Assembly (NCBI GenBank): GCA_051294905.1
Contig: CM119372.1
Location: 5,208,001 to 5,241,000, forward strand
Length of the DNA stretch: 33,000 nt
Direction of reading: 5' to 3'
Source: Botryllus schlosseri
Lineage: Eukaryota
In this document: positions 21,001 to 31,887 of the stretch, piece by piece
Numbering within the stretch: the stretch's first letter is position 1
Layout: every line of letters begins with the position of its first letter
Translations under genes and position numbers: made by a program
The notes under the pieces: model-generated
Seen by the model: the letters and a program-made list of their open reading frames with translations, nothing else
The model's database searches: none
Told to the model about the DNA's origin: nothing

Positions 21001-22343
21001 CTTGTGGGAAAGCCCTAATCCGTTTTCTAAGCGTCTTGGTCTTGGCAGTGTCTGGATCATTGAACTTCAAGGCAATATGTTCAATTGTTCATTCGTACCG
21101 GCTGATTCCCCCTCCACGGCAGGCTGTCGGCAGCGTCTAAGCCGTTTGAGCTAGTGGGGAATAGTGGTGTTAGGCACAGGCGAATAGCTTATTTTGAAAC
21201 AACAACAACAACATTTTGATTCTGGAATAAATTTCAGCATTTCTAAATTCTTTGCTTATCGTTCTTCCGAAATCTCGAATCAGAGTACGGGCTGCAAAAT
21301 CTGACCTCGTGGGCCACGTGTTGGTGACCCATGTTATAAAAGATTGCGCAGCGGTCGTTAGCGCATCCCGACGAGCTATAAAATATTTTGAAAATAGCTA
21401 ATGGCTAAACGATCAAATCAATAGGGGAGTTGAACGGTGAATATATTAATCTTTTGACCCCCAAATGACCTATTTTACGAATAAATGTAATACAATCATA
21501 AAAGGTGTAAAGTACTGACTGATAAATCTTAACATCCGTGTATCGGCGGAAATGATTATTGGGATATGTTTATTGATGGTTCTATAGTCGATATGGTGCT
21601 TAGAAGTCAACATAACGTTGTGATGTTTGGTGTCGCACATCTGAAAATATATCCGGTTATACTGTGGATTCATCATATTAACCATAGAGATTAAAGAGCT
21701 ACATTTGTGGATGATCACCATTTTAAATCCGATTTTACAAGAATTGGTTAACTACATCCTTGCAAAAATGGAAATCCATGCATTAAACATTATCATACCG
21801 AGTACGCTACTTTTCGTATGGGATTATTTCTAAGAACAAGTATAAAATGCTATTCTATGTGGAAGCGATAGCTCACACCGTTATATCATGTTGCATTTGT
21901 TATGAGATATCGGTGCGTGCACGGTACGGAACGAATATAATTACAATGCTCATCCGACGCATGGTTGATAAATTAAGGGGTGAAATCGATATCAAACCGG
22001 TAAGACTACAAGACTGTGAGATAATTTATTCAATTTATCTTGTGCGATATTTATGAGATGCCGATGCTGCATAGCACAAGATGATCTTTGTTCGCTAAAA
22101 TATTTTCATTATTTAATTAATGCATCTAATATTTACAACGGTAGAAATGTTTTCTCAAATGTTCAAATCTCGTAATTCGTGCCATACTACTCCTGACTCC
22201 CGATCTCAGGCTTCCAGTAAAACTCTATGAGAGCACAATAATAACCTAAACTTTAGAGCAACTGTATACGACTTACCTTCTACCAGTACAGAGTTTTGTG
22301 TAGTCCATAAAAAGCATACAAACAAAAATAAGATACGATGCAT
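15064..22343 (-). CDS. Gene B: secreted protein, signal peptide-acidic pro-segment-furin site-unrecognised Cys-rich domain-6xTSP1-ShK (~638 aa, 11 exons)
   Basis: Hand-built complement(join(15064..15179,15534..15628,15926..16436,18255..18435,18507..18652,19443..19651,19728..19884,19988..20121,20190..20392,20465..20562,22277..22343)). Total 1917 nt = 638 aa + TAA, all phases compatible. Exon 1 MHRILFLFVCFLWTTQNSVLVEG ends at a strong AAG/GTAAGT donor. The link between exon 6 and exon 7 needs a GC donor (AAG/GCAAGA at 19442) and is the least certain junction. Confidence 0.75.
16789..18134. mobile_element. Non-autonomous hAT (Charlie/Buster-like) element, 1346 bp, in gene B intron 8
   Basis: Ends CAGCGGTGCTTAACC / GGTTAAAAACCACTG, perfect 8-bp TSD TTCTAAAT (16781-16788, 18135-18142), and GCGCCCCC(ATAT) subterminal repeats. 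No transposase ORF seen. Confidence 0.82.
18160..18239. repeat. Fragment of a TACTTGAGTA-rich dispersed repeat (MITE end), copy 1
   Basis: Shares CTACTTCTACTTGAGTA units and the terminus GACTACTTTGACCACCTCT with 26862-27025; a degraded similar end occurs near 16545-16578. Confidence 0.65.
19443..20347 (-). other. Gene B unrecognised Cys-rich domain (~219 aa) after the RRKR site
   Basis: Four phase-compatible exons joined by 68-103 nt introns give a stop-free protein (QAEQFETEYTILRRYFRDCLYDTVPEIWDWASVVDF...AINFCNKEFEGTFRK) with 9 Cys. I recognise no family motif. Confidence 0.72.
20638..21333. mobile_element. hAT (Charlie/Buster-like) MITE (~696 bp) in gene B intron 1
   Basis: Ends CAGGGGTCGCCAAC / GTTGGTGACCCATG, GCGGGCC subterminal motifs, and flanking direct repeat (TG)TTATAA at 20630-20637 and 21332-21339. 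Confidence 0.75.
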
Positions 22344-23940
22344 TTTAATATCCTAAATCCCTGTTAAAGCGCATATGAAACAATTTCTCTCTTATCACCA
22401 CAAATACCCACTGCATATATGCACTGTCGATCCAAATGTGAATATACAAAGTAGTACCTGAACGAACAACCTTGACTCCCGGCACAAATACTCGGGATTC
22501 TAAAATAACTCTTGTTGGGATGCTCATCTTAATCGAATCCTTAAACCGCCGACAAGACAAACACAGCCTCAAGGCTATTTACTCGTTTACCATTCCGATG
22601 AATAGAGATCTCTGATTATTCCCTACGATAACAGGAGCGATCTATGGAATTATTAAATTTAAAAACGCTTCCTGTAACCTATATAGCAATCCGAGTGTCC
22701 CGAATAAAATGAGAAATTACTACCACGAATTGGATGCTAATCCGATAATTGACCTCAGCCTGTTGAAATGCCTTATTGAATTGTCGTTCAACGCCGAAAA
22801 TCATCAGCGATCGACGGAGAAATTCCATCTAAATCCAAATCTATATTCAAATTGGAGACAATCTAGGTTCAAAACATTGCTCTCATAATTTGTAATGCAA
22901 TAATCTAATTGCTGTTTATAGAGATTGCTAGCACACCTGAGGCGCGTAACCACAAATCCAACTCCCGCAGATTCCTATCGTCTTTTCCGTGACCTTATTG
23001 TTATTTATGCTTTCCTTGGGGATTTTTCAGGTCGAATCGCGTATACGTTAATTTTGCTCGGAATGCATATAATTCATAGTTTTCTGCGAGTAGCTATTTT
23101 TTAGCAAATAAGAAACAGCGCAGAATGAAATCTTGCCGAAAATGAAATTTGAATGATGTATTTCTGGTATTATCCGCAGATTTGACTAACCCATTAAGGT
23201 CATCAATCGTCAGTGCTTAATGTAGGATACTGGTCGAATATAATGCGTCAGCAAACGTGAATAATCTTACCTCGCGATTAATGTGAAACCGATAGACTCC
23301 TAATCTCTACATGTTTTAATTAGAACAATTTCGAATTCATTGTATATAAATAGATACATGTGCTATATTTATACTTAAACTACACTTTACATTACGAAAA
23401 TAGAAGTATATCAGGAAGTTGTCATACGACCATTGTCAGGTAAATTCACGTATTCGCGCAACTAAAAAAACAATTCCACATAGGGGGTCCTTATTGGGGG
23501 ATTGTACCATTGAAGTATAAAAATAATTACAAAAATGCGTTTTCAATGTTAATTTCTGCTGATATTTTGAAATAAGCAGAAATAAATTGCACGGAGTAAA
23601 TAGAAATCTTGCGAAGTATTTGCGTTGTGTATTTTGTTACATTAGTGTATATCCAAATTAAATATACTAATGGAAATCAAGAATAAATAGTGTAACATAA
23701 TGTAACATTCGATACTGTCAGCCAATGACTATGGTAACATGAAAGCAACAGTGCGTTATGAAATTAATTCTAATTATCAATCAATCTGACACCGCTTTGA
23801 GGGATGCATCGTGCTCATAAGAAATCTACGCGCACTAGCGGCCGGAGAGTTGCAAATTTAATGACCGCTTGGAAAAGTAAAAATTTAAAAACTATGCTGA
23901 ACTGAAACCACTGGTTCGGTTTATGAGCAAATTTTATCCG

Positions 23941-24035
23941 TTCAATACACCACAAAAATGCGATACAATGAAAAGATAGGAAGGTGTCGAAACGACTTGG
24001 AATAGTCTTTGGAATCAGACACCCACCTTGGCCTA
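23941..24035 (-). mobile_element. 3' UTR fragment of CR1/L2-type retroelement, copy 1
   Basis: TTCAATACACCACAAAAATGCGATACAATGAAAAG...GGAATCAGACACCCACCTTGGCCTA is nearly identical to 25276-25371 and similar to 27770-27845. Confidence 0.6.
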
Positions 24036-24181
24036 TGCCAGTGGTCGGGAGCCTTTTTCGGCCAAAGAGCCTTATTGGCCCAATATTTTCAATTGTAACG
24101 AAAGAGCCATACATGTTAATCAACTGTTACGTCACAATTGAACATGCGTGGTGTACTGGTAATTTGGTAGCACTAATATGT

Positions 24182-25155
24182 TAGGGCAGTGGTTCCCAAC
24201 CTTTTTCGTCTCGTGCCCCCCTTGGCCGACATTTGAGCTAACATTCCCCCCCCCCTATGAAAAAGTTGCCTGTGACTAAAAAATGTGCTTTTTTTACGCG
24301 TAACCATTTGTTGACTAAGCAATTAATGGTCAAACATATTCAGATATGTCCGAACTATGACGAATGCGCACTAAACTTTGGTAAAGTACAGTCAAATTTG
24401 ACATGTTTTTGACCGGTCGGGTAGCCGCTGACGAAAAATAAATCACCAAGTCCGCTTGCTATAGGCTTGAGTTGAATCGATGAATTTGGCACGGTATGTT
24501 TTTCACGTTAGTTCATATGTTGGCTTGAAAAGTTAAACAATTTCACTAGTGCTGAGTGCCTTGTGCTGAGTTCGGCTTGACGTTTTCCTGCTTTTAGTAG
24601 CAATTTCGTCGAGAGGCTGTCGCGGACCTAACGAAATCGTCTCGTGAGCCTCACTTTATCAGGGGGTGTAATATCTACGGAAGACACCTAGCTTGAAATC
24701 CGCCAAAGAAACAGACAATTGTAAAGAACTAATTTCTACTTAACAGCTCTATACCATAAAACTCTAAAAACCTTGTGAACCCAGTGTATCTTCCGATACA
24801 ATGCCAAAGCCAGATTTCCCCTAAAAAAATTAGGCCAGATTCCCCCCTAAAAATTTCTAAATTTCCCACCGGTTGGGAACCACTGTGTTAGGGTTACCAT
24901 ACGTCCTCTTTTAAGAGGATTTGTCCCGTTTTTTTTTTTACATTTTTGAAAGTGCAAATGTCCTACTTTTTGAGATTTTGTCCTCTTTTTTGAGAATTTC
25001 GGTGGAATAGAGGGCACAATCCGACTGAGATACAGTAAATCAGCACTGAAGTGACGCTGCGGTGGCTATTGCGGCAGCTGAGCCGGAAAGTTGATCCGGT
25101 ATCGCAATTTTGAAAAAGTGTCAAATTTTCAGATTTCCAAAATATGGTAACCATA
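24182..25155. mobile_element. Outer hAT MITE (net ~267 bp) interrupted by a nested element
   Basis: TIR TAGGG|TTACCATA...TATGGTAACCATA; perfect 8-bp TSD TAATATGT (24174-24181, 25156-25163). Confidence 0.85.
24187..24885. mobile_element. Inner hAT (Charlie/Buster-like) element (699 bp) inserted 5 bp inside the outer TIR
   Basis: TIR CAGTGGTTCCCAACC / GGTTGGGAACCACTG (perfect 15 bp); perfect 8-bp TSD TGTTAGGG (24179-24186, 24886-24893). Confidence 0.92.
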
Positions 25156-25231
25156 TAATATGTGGGATTCGTAGTGTGCGCTATATTTTTATGCCCACAT
25201 GGGTAGGTGCAGCCAAACATGGTTACCACAG

Positions 25232-25640
25232 CATCATCATCATCATCATCATTGGTTTATTAGCAATTTCATCAGTTCAATACACCACAAAAAATGCGAT
25301 ACAATGAAAAGACAAGAAGATGTCGAAGCGACTAGGAGTAGTCTATGGAATCAGACACCCACCTTGGCCTAGGCGATGTAAAGAGGAGGCATGCACACTG
25401 AATGAAAGTAAAGAAGATAGTATAGAAAAAAGTGACAAGAAATAGGGCGGCATGTCATGGGAAGCGAGATCGATAGGTCAGTGGTGGTCCGGTAATCTTG
25501 AGGATGGACTGTATTTATTTAGTAGTAATTGCGTGTAGTACATACCCAGCACCCACCGTGTGATACGTCAGTGAGGGGAGGCAAGTTAGACAGTGCCTCG
25601 GATGTCGTCAGGGATGAGTGAACGAAAATTCTGAACCCTT
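25232..25640 (-). mobile_element. 5'-truncated CR1/L2-type LINE 3' end, copy 2, with microsatellite tail
   Basis: The minus strand ends AATAAA-CCAA-(TGA)n at 25232-25260 and shares the 3' UTR with the two other copies. Decayed codons near 25560-25630 read SLIPDDIRGTV*LAS, reminiscent of the WNSLPxxIR ORF2 C-terminus (inference). Confidence 0.62.
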
Positions 25641-25661
25641 CAATGGTTATTGTTATCTTCT

Positions 25662-25768
25662 AACAATGCTGTCTGGCGAAACGAGAGAGTAGCTCACAAC
25701 GCAACAATGCTGTCTGGCGAAACGAGAGAGTAGCTCAAGAGAAAAAGAGCCAGACAGCATTGTTGCGT
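25662..25768. repeat. 35-bp tandem duplication plus 19-bp inverted copy
   Basis: AACAATGCTGTCTGGCGAAACGAGAGAGTAGCTCA at 25662-25696 and 25703-25737; ACGCAACAATGCTGTCTGG (25699-25717) is inverted exactly at 25750-25768. Confidence 0.9.
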
Positions 25769-26861
25769 CCTAATGCCAATCTCCATAACAATGAAAAATT
25801 CGAGGCTGATTGTGGGAGTTCCAGGGCCACGAGCGTAATAAAATTTATATTTTCGTAATCAGTGCAGAGTCAGCTTTCGATTGATACCCGTTTTACCAAA
25901 TTTAATGCCCGGCAAGCCGGTCAAAAATGACCGTCAAATTGCCTGTAGCCAAATGGAAATTGTGACGTGATACAATTTCACTGAGGCGTGAGAATTGCCT
26001 GTGTCGACACCATATAGGACACTATGATTACACGAAAGTATCGTTGAGTATAATTTAGGTAGCGGGTTGGCATGGCTCCGTTCACACCACATTGTCCCCC
26101 TTCGCCCATATGAAATATTTCATCACAGTATATATGGCTCATCACAACGTTTGAAACTGATGTTTCGCAAACTAGCATTTAGGCCCCTACTTATCATATC
26201 GAAATTCAGCATGTCCATGGCGTGTCCTAATCTGGAAAAGTGGACTCTGGCTTTTTTATTTCATTTTTAGAGCTGTTTTACCATACCACATTACCACTTG
26301 TGAAACTTTCTGGAATAAAGACATGAAATACATGTTCCGCTTTTTGAAGTAGTAGTTATAATTCACTTTCAATTCCCAGTATCATATACTTTGAGTTCTA
26401 ATTAATATCAGTTCTTTTGTTTGGATAACATAGTTGAAGTATAAAAGCAAGTGTAGCAATGCCGTTAATTTCCGGAAATAAAGCTACACGATCTGGCATT
26501 TTTACGGTTCACCATATTTTTTATTAACGTTTACTAATCGCGCAAAGTGTTTACACCGTATGCTATACAACTTCTCCGTATTGCTCTACGACTAAACTAC
26601 GGGCCTAATAATATAGGGGACCATGGTATTTTCTAAAACGTGCCGTTCGAGAAAACAGAGGATTATAGTATGGCAATATCGCATTTCCATATCAATACTC
26701 TCATTTTCATCCCATGATGCGGACGTATGCTTATGTTGTCGAAAATTGGATAGCCTACCTCCTTGTTTGCATCAATATGAATCGAGCTCGGCACCTTTCG
26801 CGTAGTTCAATTTGCACCTTTTGACAATCCACGTGAACGAATTAGGATCGTTTTCACAACT

Positions 26862-27025
26862 ACTTACTTACTTGAGTAGATTTAATGTCGGTCAATTCTA
26901 CTTCTACTTCAAGTAGTTTTAGGTTGCTTGTGGAAGAAATACTTCTACTCGTACTTGAGTAGATTTTTTCGTCGCTACTTCTGCTTCTACTTGAGTAGCT
27001 TTCTTGACTACTTTGACCACCTCTG
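26862..27025. repeat. TACTTGAGTA-rich dispersed repeat (MITE end), copy 2
   Basis: Multiple TACTT(G/C)AGTA units ending GACTACTTTGACCACCTCTG; same family as 18160-18239. The other end was not found. Confidence 0.65.
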
Positions 27026-27710
27026 CTATTCAGACTGCCGCGGACATTAACGACCTGCCGATCCTCAAATCGCGGCCGGCAAGCTGAGGTGTCTGATTAC
27101 ATTGAAATCGACGAAATTTTCATACATGGCATTATCCATTAAAACATTTAGTATAATGGAGTCGAAGACTAATTTTAGTGTGCAAATCCGGGAATGAAAA
27201 GCACTGGATTTTAAGATATTCGGAAGACGCATTCCAAATTATTGATTCAAATATAAATGATCAATATAGTTATATCATAGCCTTAATAAAGTCTATGGTT
27301 ATATTGTTAAGCTCGCGGACTCATTTTGGAGCTTATATTCGGATCAAGAAAGAGCGGGCTTGACCTTGACTTCCCACATTAGCAAAATGGCTACACCGTG
27401 GATAATGTACTCCGGCAATATTTTGTGAAGCCACCAGATATTCTTTTCGCCGCGGGTCAATGCATTTTGACCTCCCTACCTACAAGGACTTTTCTGTACT
27501 GGATTACTGGTGTGATTAGCGAATACTGAGGCTGAGCTGATAACGTGATAAGGTAACCGGGTTGTATACTATAGTGAGACCGCGGACAGTATTGCTGACT
27601 GCGGAGACAGGAACTCGCGGTATTATTGTACTTGTTTCTCTTCTCATTGCCGTCATAATATTCGTTATGATGTTACAGTTGCATCAATATTCAGAAAGTC
27701 TTATAGTTAT

Positions 27711-27900
27711 ATCAATCATCAATCAATCATTATTATTAATATTTTCATCGTTTCTAAACTTCACAAGACTGCGATACAATGAAAAGATAGGAAGGTGTCG
27801 AAACAACTTCGGAGTAGCCTTTAAGATCAGACACCCACCTTGCTTGCCTTATAGGCGAAGTAAATAAGAGGCATGCACACTGAATGAAACTGAAAAGTAA
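27711..27900 (-). mobile_element. 3' end of CR1/L2-type retroelement, copy 3
   Basis: GCGATACAATGAAAAGATAGGAAGGTGTCGAAAC...GATCAGACACCCACCTTG...GAGGCATGCACACTGAATGAAA is shared with copies 1-2; an (ATCA)n/(ATT)n tail lies at 27711-27740. Confidence 0.6.
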
Positions 27901-29086
27901 TAGAGATAATATAAGACGCAAGCGATATATGTCTTCGCAAGTCGCATCAGTCACCGTAACCCTAACCCATCAGTTACAGAGGACTGATAACAGTGATAAG
28001 GAGTTCACGGACATGTCACGGTATCCTATTGATAAAAAAAACGATTGACTGGTCAGGCTGTCGTTTATGATAACGATAATGATGAAATGTTGTCATTCCT
28101 GTAACCTCTCGATTTTAAGAGATGTACAAAACAATGGAGTCATTTCGAAAATTGAATGCAGCCCAGGAAGCCCCAGTGCTGGTGTGCCTGTTATGACAAT
28201 ACACGATACATGTAATTGGGTGATGGAGATTTGAAAATGTAACTGATTACGGCAATTGAAGCGTTTTCATGGGCCAATGCATTAGATTTAAAAAAAATCC
28301 GCAGTAAGCATGATCGATTCTTTGTACACGTATTGTCTGCTATAAAGTTGCGCATATGAGGCGTTTCAAGTTGTGACGTAACAAGTAAATGACATCACAT
28401 TTTAAAAGAAAATTGTTCTCTTGTGACGTCTTCTTATTGCAATCGTTATTTATATTGTCATATGTCATCCAATATGTGTTCAAGGCTCCAAGTGCTCTGA
28501 AGCAGAATAAATATTATCTTCATTACTTTCCAAAGTAATTCAATCGACAACTTTGAGATTTTGCTGTTGATACATTGATGAACTAATCACCCCATGTCTG
28601 GTCATCACTAAGGCAGGCAGCTTATGGTATAGTACCTTGCATGACTGTGAATAAGACCATTTTGAAAAGGAAAAGGACATTTCATCCATCCCCTTCATAG
28701 TACGGTTATGAGATTATATGATAGAGTCCAAGAAGCTGGACAGTAGGTCATGGTTCAATCAACTGATATATACCCAGCTTTCTTGCTAGATGGCAGGCGC
28801 TTGGGATATACCGTAGGGCGTAGTGTAAAGAGGAAAAAGGGTGATGCTGACTCTGCAACCTGCGGTTCTATGGCGCAGACGAAAATAAGCTCCTGTCCTC
28901 CCTCTCTCTTATCGCAACGTGCAAACTCTGAATTACCTTGTTACTGGCTACCTACACAGCCAAACACTCAGTGTGGAGTGTGCTACCGTTGAGATCTCAT
29001 TCTCAATTAATTGTTTCGTACACCGGTGTGTTTCTATTTCAGTTGAATAAGTTACATAGCTGTGATCATTAGAATTACAGACAGAG

Positions 29087-31274
29087 ATGCGGGCACTTTT
29101 AGCAAAACGTATCCTCCAACCCGCCATTGCTAGAGGAATGTCTAGCGGATCAGCGAACGCTCACTCGGGACCAGGTAAAAAAATTGCATTTTATTTCAGG
29201 CAACAATCAATGAGGATAGTTCGTTGGCAAGTTTTTCCATCAATGCGGAACCAATAATTTATGCCTTACTGGGTAATTGAAATGGATATCGGCCTGAGGA
29301 CAAAAGCATCAGTGCTGTAGAGCAGAGCTAATGCTTTTTACAATCATCATACACTTGATATTTTATGAAATAGAATTTTCATAGGTCATTGTTATTTTGA
29401 TCCTGTATCTATTGTACTCATTTATATGCAGTTGGCATAGGTTGGATTGATTTTCTTGGCGTTTTGCTGAATTATGTCAGCTTATATTTTGGCCTCCATT
29501 CATGGCATGGGACATCAATGGTCAGTTGATCACTAGTTGGTGATTCGTAGGTAATGGCCTTGCAGACTTAGGGTGGAGCCCAATTCTTCTCCTCAACTAA
29601 GTAATGCTTAAATGCGTATCTCCACTCAACTAAGTATCGATCGATACTCAGCGTTGAGTGCGCGCCAATTCTCTCAACTCAGTTGAGTATCGATTTCCAG
29701 GCGTCATTTTCCGAAGTTGTGTTGCCAGATTTTTTTAGCCTTGAACCAGACACGCGTGAACGATTTTGTCATGACAACGAGACGCTTTCCTCGTTATTTC
29801 GTCACAAAACTTACTTACGTATACGTCGATCTCACTGATTTACCTTATCAATACCCTTCGAAGATGGCCCATTAGAAATACTAGAAGTCCTTGAAGATAC
29901 CCACAACGTTCCATTGCCCCACAGAAGTATATTCGCAAGATGCCACAAACCCATTCGAAATTTATCAAGTTAAAGTTTCACAACAGGCCACAATAACGTA
30001 AGTGCAGGCCTCTAAGAACAAAAGAATGCGTCGATATCATGTAAATAAATTGAAAGTTGACATTTCTTCAGGATTTCTTTCCAATCGTAGATCGTCCATG
30101 CACGAATCACTTAGCTCCTCTACCATTAAACTTTGCCATATCCACTCTACATTTTCTCCCTGATATATTCAGCATTTTTTGTTTCCAAAAGCTTATTGCT
30201 GGTCCGTTGACGGGGAGTCTCGTCTGAATATTGATAGGCCTGAAGGTATAGTGACTCCATCCCAACACGGATATCACCAAGAATTCTATCAGTCCAGGTT
30301 CAAAATGCTGAATCTTCTTAATTGTGAGAGGAGCATTCGTAAAGTGCCGGCAGCGTTAAATTCAATCGCTAGCAGCAGCCCAAAACTTGTCGGTTTTGCT
30401 TGACGATCAACCTTTGTCGCCATTTCTGTATCTATAAATTTCAAATGGCAGTTGACATGACTTACGGTATGTATAATAAAATTTTATGGAACAAAATCCA
30501 CCAAAGCGCACTCATTCACTCAACGGAACTTGACGCTAACGAATTGATACAGCAGAAGTTACCATTCCGGAAAATCGCGATACCGTACAAGATGCCGAAA
30601 TGGTACAGCAGGCGCCACTGATTTCATCCGTTCAGGAGAAAGCAATAGAGTACCGTACCGCCGGTGTCCGGTATTCCGGTATTTGGCGAACCCCGCAGCG
30701 ACTGTTGCCTAAAATGCCTACAGTTGGCTGCTCGACCGCAAAAATTGACACTTAAGTCTGGTGGTCCGCTGACTTAGATTTGAGTGCCGATTCGAACGCA
30801 TTTGAGTGTGAGTATACTTTTTGGCGTGAGTTGAGTAAAAAATTCGCTGCTGAGTAGAGAATCGCTACTCAGCAGAGAAATTGGTCTCGGCCCTTACTGT
30901 CTGACTTATGAATTCGGGAGGCAATGCTACAAAGAGAATAGTTGCACAAGTATCTTTTCACTGCCGTGACCCTGACCCAGTCTAGTGTTTTCCAAATGCA
31001 GGCCTGATTTTCTGCCCGGTAAATGGTAAACATAATATCTATCCTGTGGAAAATTCCTTCCAAAGTTTGAATTTAATGATATCACAGAACCGGTTCGGCA
31101 TGTGGTTGATATTTACTCGTCTCTTCAGATTTATGGAAGCTGGGAACCTACGTTTTTGTACCAGTCTGGGTTGTAGGAACCGCGGTTTTCGTATACCAAC
31201 GTGAAATGGAGCATTTGGCCCACCATGTCCGACCCGAACATAAAGAATATTCTCATTTGGGAATTCGCAGCAAG
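29087..31274 (+). CDS. COX6A: Cytochrome c oxidase subunit 6A-like, mitochondrial (partial; first two coding exons, 3' exon outside window)
   Basis: join(29087..29174,31129..31274). Exon 1 MRALLAKRILQPAIARGMSSGSANAHSGP is an Arg-rich, acid-free mitochondrial presequence. Exon 2 DLWKLGTYVFVPVWVVGTAVFVYQREMEHLAHHVRPEHKEYSHLGIRSK has the LWK start, one TM helix and the RPE..Y.HL.IR.K motif of COX6A, ending at a phase-0 GTGAGT donor just before where PFPWGDG is expected. No such exon was seen before 33000. Confidence 0.85.
29571..30893. mobile_element. PIF/Harbinger-type element (1323 bp, decayed) in COX6A intron
   Basis: Imperfect TIR GGGTGGAGCCCAATT / AATTGGTCTCGGCCC with GGG...CCC ends, 3-bp TTA on both sides (29568-29570, 30894-30896), and CTCAACT/AGTTGAG and TACTCAGC/GCTGAGTA subterminal repeats at both ends. 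Confidence 0.72.
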
Positions 31275-31887
31275 GTGAGTGACGAGATCTCCCATTAATT
31301 TTAAAGCTCTTCAAGTTTGTATGATGTGTGTGAAGTGCACATCAGTCATTCTCAGATTCTGTGTTCTGCGTTAACCACGATCGGGAGGTGTCAAAACAGG
31401 CACGGTCAATTTTTCTAACTAAAAGGATGCTGTGAAAACTAAAACCTATGCGAATCTTCAACTTCATTCCCAACCTTCTATATGTCACCGACAATCCGCA
31501 TGACCCCTTGTGATATCACTTTGATTCAGCAATGGTATTCCAACATATAGGCTTATTGTGACACATAGACCACGGCTTCCAGCCTGAGGGACACGATCCC
31601 CGAAGGGGTCATGCGGTCATTTAATATATTTTGTAGTTTGCGGATAGTATATCAATTATCGTAATTTACACAACACATTATACAATCTTCTTCTCAGTGT
31701 TAAATTTTGATACTTTACTTTTTAATGATAATACGGTATGCAACGTTCTGTTGATTTTGCCGTTTGAATATTAAAAAGAATACTAGCGTGAGTAGCATCC
31801 CGGTAATCTTTTGTAAACTACAGGTTTATCACAGCCTTGATTTTCAATTAATTACTACTCGATGACATCGTTGTGAATTATCTAGAG

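Noticed and set aside
26590-26860. Long minus-strand frame with one stop (…FTWIVKRCKLNYAKGAELDSY*…) faintly like a C-type lectin start
   Set aside because: The in-frame stop, missing WIGL/WND motifs and lack of supporting splice sites leave no support for an exon or pseudogene call.
29175-29199. 25-nt mini-intron after COX6A exon 1 (GTAAAA...TTTCAG)
   Set aside because: Too short and leads to an immediate stop (GNNQ*); the acceptor at 31128 gives the conserved COX6A sequence.
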